A stretch of 64,000 bases of DNA, taken from Myxococcota bacterium. Lineage in GTDB: Bacteria > Myxococcota_A > SURF-8 > G963663525. The stretch is taken from NCBI GenBank assembly GCA_963676915.2, contig CAXXVK010000073.1, positions 8,560 to 72,559 of the forward strand, read 5' to 3'. How positions within the stretch are numbered: the first letter of the stretch is position 1; the number at the start of each line of letters is the position of its first letter. Both the position numbers and the translations under genes were made by a program. This document shows, piece after piece, positions 18,531 through 27,994 of the stretch. The notes beneath the pieces were generated by a model that was not told where the DNA came from, did no database searches, and saw only the letters and a list, made by a program, of their open reading frames with translations.

Positions 18531-21500
18531 TCACACGCGAAAAGCGGGTTTTCTACTCCCTCTTCTGCGCCAAACAACCAGCCATAATACTATACTCGCG
18601 AGACAGTAAAAAGGGAAGGAGTTGTCCGAAATTCGAGCGTGACGGCAATCGCCGCAACCCGAACCTCCCAGATGACCTGGATCGGTCGTTTCCGATTCGG
18701 TCGTTTCCGTGCTTTCCGTGTCGAATTCGATGTCCGATTCGTCCACGTCGTCGTCCTCATCGCCTCCGGTTGGACAGCCTTCATCAGTCAACCCATCGCA
18801 ATCGTTGTCTTTTTCGTCACAAAGGCTTTCTTGCGACTGGTGGGTTTCCGGCATCCGACAACGCCACCCTCCGGTTCCCATGCAAACGACCTCGGCTTCC
18901 AGGCAAACGCCCTCGCCACCGCACATCCATCGGGCATCGGGAGCCTCTAGATCCTCATCGATGAACCCATCGCAATCGTTGTCCATACCGTCACAGATCG
19001 TCTCGACATCTTCGTAATCGTCCACGTCCGAGCACAACCAACCGTGACTTCCCGCACAAAACGGAGACCCGTTCTCGCACACGCCCACCTGAGGGCATTC
19101 GATCTCGGGGGGTAGCTGAAGACCTTCGTCCGTCAGGCTATCGCAATCGTTGTCCAAGCCGTCACAAGTCGTTTCGGTTTCTTCGTAGGTATCCGGCCAG
19201 CTACACTTCCAACCACTAGCCCCCATGCATTGAGCCTCACCATCCCGACAAACACCCACCCCTTTGCAATCCAACGTATCGTTGACAAGATCCTCGTCGG
19301 CCACACCATCGCAATCGTTGTCCAAACCGTCACAGGTGCTTTCCACAGCCTCGTAATTTTGCGGCCATTGGCAAACCCAACCCGCTTCACCCCTGCATTC
19401 CGGTTCGGTGTCGATACAAACGCCTTCGCTCGGACATACACCCGAAGCTTGTGCAGGGAGCGTTTCAAACTCATCCACTACGCCATCGCAGTCGTTATCC
19501 AAGCCATCGCATACTTCGTCAGCCGGAACACTCGGCGTGCAGCAGGGTTCTTCATCCGTCTGATCGTCGCAATTGTCGTCCTCTCCATTGCCGCAGATCT
19601 CCGGCAGATCCGACAGCGCCAAAGCTCGCAATCCTCTTGTATGGCATAGCAATATCCATCCGTCTCGCAAGCCGAATACGCGGGACAGGACAACTCTCCA
19701 TCGCAAGATGCAAGACAATATCCCGTTTCATCCGGGCCAACCAGCAAACACCGACCGGACGAACATTGGTCGGGAAAGCGACAGGCTTCGCAAAATCCGA
19801 GTTCCTGAGTGCAGACATCCCCTTCATCGGTTTCACCGTCGCAGTCGTCGTCTTCGCCATTGCAGGATTCCGCCTGAGCGACACAGCCGGAGAATTCCAC
19901 GGCAGCGGCTACGGCGGCGGCGGCATCGACCCGTCCCCAACCGTAATACTGACTGAAGCCTTCCGGAGTCCATCCTCCGCCGGTTTCATCAACCTTCACC
20001 GCCGTCTGTTTCAGGATTTCAACCACCTGTTTCCAACCGAGATCCGGTCTGACCGACAAGATCAACGCCGCCACACCCGCCACGCCAGGCGACGCCGCCG
20101 ACGTACCGCCAAAAGAGGTGTGATAATCGCCCGAAACATACCCCGGCGCTCCACTGCGGTCGGTGGTGACGATACCCGTTGTCATCGCACCGTCACGATA
20201 CCGATTTCCACGCGAGGGACTGACGAAATCCAGCTCCGGTCCATAATCGCTGTAATAACAACGAATTCCGACATCGTTGACGCTTCCTACGGCAAGTACA
20301 TATTCGTACGCGGCGTAGCCATCCCAAGACACCAGTTCGTCCCCGTTTCCCGAGGCCCAGGTCCAGATCACTCCCAAACCATTGCGTCCGTGATGCACGC
20401 CGTAATCGAGCGCACTTTTTACAACATCCGGCAAAGGAGCTTCCCCTTGATTGTCGGGCGGTCCCCAGGAGTTGTTCGCGATCCACGCACCATGAGACAC
20501 GGCCCAAGCCAGGGATTGCGCCTCGGTGATTTCACTCTGGTTCGGTCCAAGCAGACGAACCGGCAGGATTTTGCACTCGGGACAGATCCCCGCCACACCG
20601 ATCCCGTTGTCGGTCCGTGCCGCAACAAGTCCCGAAACGCAGGTTCCGTGACCGTCTCCCGTTTCCGGGGAGGGGTCGTCATCGTCACCCACGAAATCGT
20701 AACCCGTCGTCAACACTGCACCTTCCAGATCGATGTGATCCGCCTGCACGCCGTCGTCGATCACCGCCACCACCACGTTTTCACTTCCGAACGTCGTATC
20801 CCAGGCTTCGGGCACGCCAAGATCCTCGCCCGGCGTCGCACCGTTTTGTCCGGTATTTTCCAAATGCCATTGCTCGGAAAACAGCGGGTCGTCCACCGTA
20901 CGCCGCGCTTGCAGAGGATGAATAAAATCAGGATGCGCCCACAACGCGCCGAAATCTTCCACAAGTCGGTTGGCCGCTTCAACGGGGCACACCGAGGCAG
21001 ACGCGACCTTCAGACGAAACGCGCCTTTGAGCCAGGATAAAGGTTCGACAAACTCCAAACCCAGTTTTTGCACCAAACGCACCACTCGTTTTTCGGAATA
21101 CGACGGCGGAAACGCCGCCGCCACCTCACCGGTAAGTCCACGCACCAATTTCGAGGAAACACTCAGACGATACGCTTCGTGAACGAACGAAACGCGAGTG
21201 TCATCAACCATGGACTTCCAATGCTTCTCCAGGGTTGCCCGGCTCATGGTGCGACCCGACCAGACATAGTACAAGCTTTTATACGGCAAGACTTTTTCCA
21301 ACTGCGCTTTTTCGAATCCATGCGCCTTGCAGACCTCGCGGGGATGTTCGCTTTGCAAAACGAAGACATCGTTTCGTGAAATCAGAGGTATTTTTCGCCC
21401 GCCGCTATAATAGGAGGAAGACTCCCCCGCCGACGCCATGGAAAACGGCACGAGGCAAACAACCCACACCATCAGCCACAACGAAAAACCATTTGAAATC

Positions 21501-21583
21501 TCGCATTTTTTCGGAAGCTTGTTGACGAATCCTTTTTCAAAGAAACAAGAACCAACACTACTTTTCGAGAAACAACCCATCAA
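18531..21583 (-). CDS. Secreted S8 subtilisin-like protease with Cys-rich MopE-like repeats and MYXO-CTERM-like anchor; one frameshift near 19620
   Basis: VAVIDDG, HGTCVSG and FGGTSAASP catalytic triad, then repeated E.CDGLDNDCDG..DE units, ending GGSGC...hydrophobic helix...RRR. The true start may be somewhat downstream. Confidence 0.85.
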
Positions 21584-21895
21584 GACCTCTTGGGTTCGGC
21601 GGTTTTTCGATGATTATCAGCCGGATGGGTCATACTGTCAATGGAGGGTTCAAACCCAAAACGGGATAGGGCATATATTAAAACAAAGGAAAAGGTTTAA
21701 AAAGCATGGATTCAATATGATTTTGAACGTCACCAGGTGAAATTATCCAACCTACGATCTTCCCCAAAAATCCACACTCCTTGGGTTTTCGTTCCAAGAA
21801 CTTGTGCTTTGGTCGTTGTGGAGTACTATGGTTTCCCAGATGGGACTCCCTTGGAAACAACGGAGAAAACAACAACCTTTTCGGAGACTTTCACG

Positions 21896-22789
21896 ATGAG
21901 CCTGCTCGGAACGATCCTTGCCATAGCGCTGCTGTATGTGGCCGTACACTTCGCCCTTTCGGGATTTCTGTTCTTTTTGCTCTGGTTCGATACCGCCAAT
22001 CGGCTACAAACCGGAGGAGATGACGAGTTGTCGTTCGCTCCCGATCGCTGGATCGATGCATGGATCGCTGAAGCGCTTTCCAGCGCTTATATGATTCTGC
22101 TGCTTCCCCTTGGTTGGTTGGGATTGCGCAACGACAAAACCAACGCCGACCTCGGCAACGATGCCCCGCCGGTGCTTTTCGTACACGGTTGGATGATGAA
22201 CGGCTCTTGCTGGTGGCCGATGATCAAAGAGTTAAAAAAACGCAGAAAAACCCGCAAGTTGTACACAATGAGCCTCCATCCTACGTTTGCGTCGATTGCC
22301 GACTATCCGGCTTTGGTTCACGAACAGGTCGAAAGCCTTTGTCGCCTGACCGGGCACGACAAAGTGGTGCTGGTGGGACACTCCATGGGTGGGTTGATCA
22401 TTCGCCGATACCTGGCCGATTATGGTCCCGAGCGGGTAGAAAAAGCGATTTCGCTGGGTTCCCCGCACCATGGCACACGCCTGGCGATCATCTCCCACAG
22501 TCGCAACGGAAAACAGATGAAGCTCGACAGCAAGTTTCTTATCGATCTGGCTGACCGTGACCGGTATCGAGAGATCGAATTCCACAGCTTCTATTCGGTA
22601 CATGACAACTACGTCTGGCCGTTCACGACTTCCAAGCTGGACGGTGCACAGAACCACCGGCTCGAAGGTTACGGACATACCCGCCTGCAACTGGCTCCCG
22701 AAGTGATCGATCGCTTGGAAGATTTGGTCTATTTCGGAACAACCGACTCCGAATCGGTTCAAAATCCCGTGCCGGGACTCGAATCCTGA
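21896..22789 (+). CDS. Membrane-anchored alpha/beta hydrolase (lipase-like)
   Basis: N-terminal TM segments, VLFVHGW, GHSMGG nucleophile elbow, LGSPHHGT, a D in HDNYV and an H in GYGH. Confidence 0.85.
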   Translation: MSLLGTILAIALLYVAVHFALSGFLFFLLWFDTANRLQTGGDDELSFAPDRWIDAWIAEALSSAYMILLLPLGWLGLRNDKTNADLGNDAPPVLFVHGWMMNGSCWWPMIKELKKRRKTRKLYTMSLHPTFASIADYPALVHEQVESLCRLTGHDKVVLVGHSMGGLIIRRYLADYGPERVEKAISLGSPHHGTRLAIISHSRNGKQMKLDSKFLIDLADRDRYREIEFHSFYSVHDNYVWPFTTSKLDGAQNHRLEGYGHTRLQLAPEVIDRLEDLVYFGTTDSESVQNPVPGLES

Positions 22790-24100
22790 ATGGCTTCCGA
22801 CGGTCGTAAAACGGAAACGCTTCCTTTGGAACACCGTGCTGCGGGGTTGTTGCGTCCTTTGTTGGCGTCGCTGGCCTCGGCGCATCCACGGCTTCGTCAA
22901 GGAATGCACGAACGCCTGTACCCACCCTGGAAAAACACAGAACCCAAACGTGGACCGCGTATATGGATTCATGCTGCCTCGGTGGGTGAGGTTTCGGTGT
23001 TGGAAGACTACGTTCGACGCATGAAGCAGAACATTCCCGAGCTGTTCCTTTTCGTTACCTGCAATACCACGACCGGACAGGCGCGTGCTCGGCGCATGTG
23101 TTATCCGCCGGATGCGGTCGCCCTGTTTCCTTTCGATCTTCCCCCGGCTTTGCGTCGTTTGCTGGATGAGGTGCAGCCCGATCTGATCGTGCTTGTCGAA
23201 CGCGAAATCTGGCCGGGTCTGATCGCTCTGGCCGAGGCGCGTTCGATTCCGGTGCAGGTCGTCAACGCCCGTTTGTCGAAGCCATCCGTTGCGGGGGTGC
23301 GCTGGCTTCGGAGACGTTACCCGGTTGTAAGCCGTCATCCCCGCTGGCTCGTGCGAGAGGAAACCGACCTGGCCCATTTGCATGAGGCAGGCATTCCCCT
23401 GGAACACATGGCCGTTCATGGTGAAATGCGCCTGGATGCTTTGTCGGAAATTTCTCCCGGATCGCAATACCCTGAAGCGCCATTCGACGCTTGGCCGCTG
23501 TTTGTGGCGGGTTCAACCCATCCTGGAGAAGAAAAAATCCTGCTCGATGCCTTCCTCCTCGCCAGAAAACGGGAACCGCGCTTGAAAATGCTTGTCGCTC
23601 CACGGCATCTCCATCGTTGTCGGGAGATTCTGTCCCACATCGAGAATCTGGAGTTGAAGGGCGAAACCGTGTCCCGGACCGAATTCGGTACACTGCCGGA
23701 TGTACTGGTGCTCGATCGCATGGGCGAGTTGCTCGACTGGTACGATCGTGCGTCACTGACCTTTGTCGGCGGTAGCCTGATCGAAGGGGTGGGGGGGCAC
23801 AACGTATTGGAACCTCTCGCGAAACTCCGTCCGGTTCTTTTTGGAAAATATTGCACGAATTGGACGTCCTGGTGTGCTATGATAGACAGGTACGATGCGG
23901 GTAGCTATGTGACGCAGGCAGCGGATATCGCTGAAAAAATCCTGCTCGTACTTGGGAATCGGCAGGATGTCGGCCGTGCGGTCAAGCTGTGTTGGATCAC
24001 CGTACAAGGTCGGAACGGCGCAAGTGACCGTAACGTTCGAGCCGCTCGGCAGGCGCTTGATGGGGAGGATCCCTGTGTCTGGAACGACTCACTGGTATAA
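22790..24100 (+). CDS. waaA: Kdo transferase
   Basis: WIHAASVGE, PFDLP, EREIWPG, AGSTHPGEE, APRHL, DRMGEL and GGSL..GGHNVLEP. Confidence 0.92.
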   Translation: MASDGRKTETLPLEHRAAGLLRPLLASLASAHPRLRQGMHERLYPPWKNTEPKRGPRIWIHAASVGEVSVLEDYVRRMKQNIPELFLFVTCNTTTGQARARRMCYPPDAVALFPFDLPPALRRLLDEVQPDLIVLVEREIWPGLIALAEARSIPVQVVNARLSKPSVAGVRWLRRRYPVVSRHPRWLVREETDLAHLHEAGIPLEHMAVHGEMRLDALSEISPGSQYPEAPFDAWPLFVAGSTHPGEEKILLDAFLLARKREPRLKMLVAPRHLHRCREILSHIENLELKGETVSRTEFGTLPDVLVLDRMGELLDWYDRASLTFVGGSLIEGVGGHNVLEPLAKLRPVLFGKYCTNWTSWCAMIDRYDAGSYVTQAADIAEKILLVLGNRQDVGRAVKLCWITVQGRNGASDRNVRAARQALDGEDPCVWNDSLV

Positions 24101-25133
24101 TTCGTGGCTGGGTCCGGTATCGGATTGGTACAAGGGTATCGTTCGTGCACGACGCAGTGCCTACCGCGATGGTCGCCACCCCGCGATGCACCTGCCTCGC
24201 CCCGTCATTTCGGTGGGAAACCTCTCTGTGGGTGGTACCGGAAAAACCCCGGCGGTGATTTTTCTTGCCCGCGAACTCGCTTCCTATGGACATGTGGCCG
24301 TGCTCAGTCGTGGGTATCGTCGCCGCTCTCCTCGTACCTATCTCACCTTGCCTCGTTCCCGGCGTCTCGATTACGATGCCTGCAAGATTTTCGGGGACGA
24401 ACCGGTGATGATCGCCTACCAGAACCTGAACAACATCTCGGTACATGTCGGTGTAGATCGCTACCGTTGCGGCATCATGGCGCTACAACGCACACCCGCC
24501 GACGTGTTTCTGCTCGACGATGGTTTTCAGCACATGGGTCTGCACCGGGATCTCGATATCGTGCTGATCGATGGCACCCGCGATCCGTCCAACCTCGATC
24601 TCTTCCCCGCCGGTCCCTTGCGCGAACCGGTGGAGAATCTTGCCAACGCGGATGTTATCTGGATCACCCGTTGCGCTACCGATGGTTCCCACAAGATCGA
24701 CCTAAAAAACCTTGCCCGGATTTCTCCGGATTCCCTAGTGGTTACAAGTCGTTACAAAGCACACAAAGTCTGTAGTCTGGTGGATCATAGCACCTGTTCG
24801 CTTACCCAGATCGAAAATCGCAACCTCTTTGCTTTTTGTGCGGTAGGTACTCCCGAAGGTTTTTACGACACCTTGAGGGAATGCGGCGCAAACCTCACCG
24901 GCACCGCCTCGTTTCCCGACCATCATTGCTATACGAAACGGGAGCTGGAAAAGCTGTTTCGCAAGGCGAAAGCATCCGGCGCTACGGCGCTGATCACCAC
25001 CGAAAAAGACGCCGTACGGGTGGAAAACAGCCCGGGTTGGCCGATGCCGGTACTCGAACTCCGGGTCAAAATCAACCTTTTGTCGGGTTACGAAGCGCTA
25101 ATGGAGCGCGTACTTGAAACCTGCGGGTTCTGA
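24075..25133 (+). CDS. lpxK: Tetraacyldisaccharide 4'-kinase
   Basis: VISVGNLSVGGTGKTP, SRGY, GDEP, LDDGFQH, PAGPLREP, FPDHH and TTEKDAVR. GTG start after GGAGG. Confidence 0.93.
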   Translation: MSGTTHWYNSWLGPVSDWYKGIVRARRSAYRDGRHPAMHLPRPVISVGNLSVGGTGKTPAVIFLARELASYGHVAVLSRGYRRRSPRTYLTLPRSRRLDYDACKIFGDEPVMIAYQNLNNISVHVGVDRYRCGIMALQRTPADVFLLDDGFQHMGLHRDLDIVLIDGTRDPSNLDLFPAGPLREPVENLANADVIWITRCATDGSHKIDLKNLARISPDSLVVTSRYKAHKVCSLVDHSTCSLTQIENRNLFAFCAVGTPEGFYDTLRECGANLTGTASFPDHHCYTKRELEKLFRKAKASGATALITTEKDAVRVENSPGWPMPVLELRVKINLLSGYEALMERVLETCGF

Positions 25134-25142
25134 GACTGTCAA

Positions 25143-25185
25143 TGTGACATAAATCATAACTCTAAATATTATTTTATCGTATAAT
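25143..25185 (+). promoter_or_regulatory. CRP/FNR-like site plus -10 box (class II geometry)
   Basis: TGTGA-CATAAA-TCATA (25143-25158; 9/10 match to TGTGA-N6-TCACA) and a perfect TATAAT at 25180-25185. Confidence 0.55.
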
Positions 25186-25228
25186 TTCAAATGGTTATGT
25201 ATTTTCAATCAACCCGTTGGTGAAAACT

Positions 25229-25756
25229 ATGAAAATCTCAACCCGTCTGCAACTTTTCGTTGTGTTGCTTCCTGTTTTGGTTCTCGGAGGTTGTCTCGGA
25301 GAAGATGACGGAGGAGATTCTTCCGGCGACCTGGATCAGTCTGCCGATACGGAAGAAATCACGGAAACAGACGAGGGTGCGGAAATTTCCACCGAGTCGG
25401 AAGCTCCCGAAAACAGTGCCGGCGACCTGGATGACGAATCGTTTGCCGACGCTGAAGAAACCACCGGCGAGCAGGAAGAAATTCAGGAAAACACGTCACC
25501 CGCCGGTCATAGCGAGAATATGAACGGCGTTTTCCACAAACTGGGAAAAGATGATCCCCTCGACAATTGTACCTCCTGCCACGGTGCGAAACTCGATGGT
25601 GGCGTGCTCAGTTGCTATACCTGCCACAACAATGACGACCACACCCGCTCGCATCACGGCGTCCTACACAGAAGCGGAACGTCGAACACCTGCAACGCCT
25701 GCCACGGTCCAAACAACAGTGGCGGCCTTGGTCCCGCTTGCAGTAAATGCCACTGA
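25229..25756 (+). CDS. Tetraheme cytochrome c lipoprotein
   Basis: Lipobox VLGGC, acidic linker and four CxxCH motifs (CTSCH, CYTCH, CNACH, CSKCH). Confidence 0.85.
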   Translation: MKISTRLQLFVVLLPVLVLGGCLGEDDGGDSSGDLDQSADTEEITETDEGAEISTESEAPENSAGDLDDESFADAEETTGEQEEIQENTSPAGHSENMNGVFHKLGKDDPLDNCTSCHGAKLDGGVLSCYTCHNNDDHTRSHHGVLHRSGTSNTCNACHGPNNSGGLGPACSKCH

Positions 25757-25790
25757 TTGGGATTCCGAAATTACCAGACGAAGTTTTACT

Positions 25791-26573
25791 TCAATACATC
25801 ACCTGGCAGCGATTGTGCGCGATAAGCTCTTCCTGAATTTTCTTTCCTTCCAGGTCGTGGATGATTCGCCAGATGCGGTTTTCCCGCATTTTTTGACCGT
25901 TTTCTTCGAAAAATCGATGATCTCGTTCTTCAATTTGAATCTTGTAGCGTGCAGGGAAGACACTGAAGATGCTGCCTGTAAGTTCTCCGTTTTCGATGCG
26001 CATTCGAATCTGAAGTTTATCCGGTAATTTGTTTTCGAAACGTAAGTCCCGGTAGTTGTAAAAAACCGTGGCTCCGCATCCGAAAGGTACGCGGCGATCA
26101 CAGTCCGGGAATAGATCCAATCCATGTCGGTGACGTTCTACAATCTGCAACCCTGAGTTCAGTGCCAGCCAGTACAGCATGTTGCTAACCATGCAGCAGC
26201 CTCCGCCAACACCACCTTGCTTTTCACCATCGTGAAGTTCAAGTCCTTTGCGGAATCCACGCAGGAGAGAAGGTCGTCCGACCAGCTTATGATAAGAAAA
26301 TAATCCTTCAGGTTGAATCACTACACCGTCGATGGCTCGAGCGGCAAGAGCAACATTGCGTTCTTTTCCACGTTGGAGTTTCGGATCGCCTTGGTAATTT
26401 GGACGTTTCAGAGGGGATTGAGCTTGGAAAAGAAGGTATGGAAAGGAGTTGTTGCCGGATTTCTCGATCTGGAGACGCGGAGCCGTAGAAAGATCCTGTA
26501 TCGTTCGGAGAACGCGTAAGCCTTCTACCCGGAGCCAAAAAGGAAGGGATCGTTTGAGAGAAAATTTATCCAT
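25791..26573 (-). CDS. VanW-family protein
   Basis: NVALAARAIDGVVIQP..FSY..VG, GVGGGCCMVSN, ERHRH, GATVFYNY.DLRFEN. Confidence 0.85.
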   Translation of the reverse strand: MDKFSLKRSLPFWLRVEGLRVLRTIQDLSTAPRLQIEKSGNNSFPYLLFQAQSPLKRPNYQGDPKLQRGKERNVALAARAIDGVVIQPEGLFSYHKLVGRPSLLRGFRKGLELHDGEKQGGVGGGCCMVSNMLYWLALNSGLQIVERHRHGLDLFPDCDRRVPFGCGATVFYNYRDLRFENKLPDKLQIRMRIENGELTGSIFSVFPARYKIQIEERDHRFFEENGQKMRENRIWRIIHDLEGKKIQEELIAHNRCQVMY

Positions 26574-26659
26574 ATCTTCCTTGAATGGCTAAAAATCAGG
26601 TTTTGACCACTCCCCCGGCTCGCCTTCGGCGAACCGGGAAGAGCTTGTTTCGCTACGAT

Positions 26660-27994
26660 TTACGATTTTCCCGAGAATTTCAGAGCTTGGAAGCGCATGG
26701 CGGGAGACTGGATCGACATGTAGGGGTAGGGGTCGTTGCCCATTTCCTCGATTTTCGGCAGCAATTCCAGCAGGTTGCCCGCTAAATTCATTTCCGTGAC
26801 GGGAATGAACTCGCCGTTTTCCACATAAAAGCCTCGGACGCCGGTCGAAAAATCGCCCGTAACCGAGTTGTAGTTACCGCCGATGAAATTGTTGATGTAG
26901 ATGCCTTTGTCCAGCGCTTTGGCCATTTCTTCGCCCGAGCGGGTTCCCGTATCGAACAGCAGGTTCGAGCTTCCACCCGTGGTCGGTTCCACACCCTGTT
27001 TCCGTGCCCAGTAGGTGTCGAAATAAAAAGTTTTCAATACGCCTTTTTCGATCACCGGACGGCGTTTGGCAACCATGCCTTCTCCGTCGTATTGCTTGCT
27101 GGCCTGTCCTTTGGGCAGCAACGGATCGTCTACGATGGTCAGAATCGGCGAGGCGATGGCTTTGTCTTTTTTGTCGGCCAGAACGGTCATTTTGCGGTAG
27201 ACCGATGAACCACCCAACGAGCGCAGCAGCAGTCCGGTCAGGTAGTCGCCCCAGTAGTTGGCCACGACCACGGGATATTCCCCGGTTTCGATGGGTTTCG
27301 AGCCACGCATTTCCAAGGCTCGTTGTGCCGCGGTTTTTCCGATGGTTTCGGTATCCGTACGGTCGTTCCAATGTCGCCACGAGCGGTAGTCCCAACCGAC
27401 CTGCTTGCGGTCTTCTCCGTCTTTGACGTAAGCCGCGCTACCAATCGTAAAATTCGTCGAGCGACGTTCACCCACAAAGCCGTCCGAGGTCATCAGTACC
27501 CCGGCGTAATCGGATTCTTTGTACTCGGCCTCGGCGTGAAAAATCTCCGGGTCGGCGCCTTTGGCGGAAGTTGTGATTTTTTTACACAGCGCTTCGCTTT
27601 GTTCCTTTTTCGACGAAGCAATGGCCGGATCGAACAATTGCAGGTCTGCGGAGGGAAGTGGGGAGGTAAAAGCCGCTTCAGGAAGACCACGAGCCGGATC
27701 GGGATCGGTCAGCTTGACCATTTCGATGGCTTTGGTTACGAAATCCTTGACGTTTTCGGCTTTTACGTCCGATGTTCCGAACGAACCGTAGCGACCGTCC
27801 ACGAAAAGGTCCAGGTCGATGCCTTTCGAATTGCTTTCGGTCAGCAACTCGATCTCGCCGTTTTTGGTGGAAAGGTTATACGTGCGATTCGTGCCCAACG
27901 ACAGCCGAACGTGATCGGCACCGGCGCTTTTCGCCATTTTCAGAGCCGCGCCCGCTTCGTCACGCAGGGTTTCGAGGATATTTTTCGTCGTCAT
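26660..27994 (-). CDS. tldE: TldE/PmbA protein
   Basis: Directly downstream of tldD. IVDDPLL...YDGEG, IEKGVL, TGDFS, NLAGN; no HExxxH. Confidence 0.85.
   Translation of the reverse strand: MTTKNILETLRDEAGAALKMAKSAGADHVRLSLGTNRTYNLSTKNGEIELLTESNSKGIDLDLFVDGRYGSFGTSDVKAENVKDFVTKAIEMVKLTDPDPARGLPEAAFTSPLPSADLQLFDPAIASSKKEQSEALCKKITTSAKGADPEIFHAEAEYKESDYAGVLMTSDGFVGERRSTNFTIGSAAYVKDGEDRKQVGWDYRSWRHWNDRTDTETIGKTAAQRALEMRGSKPIETGEYPVVVANYWGDYLTGLLLRSLGGSSVYRKMTVLADKKDKAIASPILTIVDDPLLPKGQASKQYDGEGMVAKRRPVIEKGVLKTFYFDTYWARKQGVEPTTGGSSNLLFDTGTRSGEEMAKALDKGIYINNFIGGNYNSVTGDFSTGVRGFYVENGEFIPVTEMNLAGNLLELLPKIEEMGNDPYPYMSIQSPAMRFQALKFSGKS

Noticed and set aside
25229-25756. His-rich cytochrome as the HxsA substrate
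   Set aside because: It has no His-Xaa-Ser repeat array, the His residues are explained as heme ligands, and it lies ~10 kb from hxsB.
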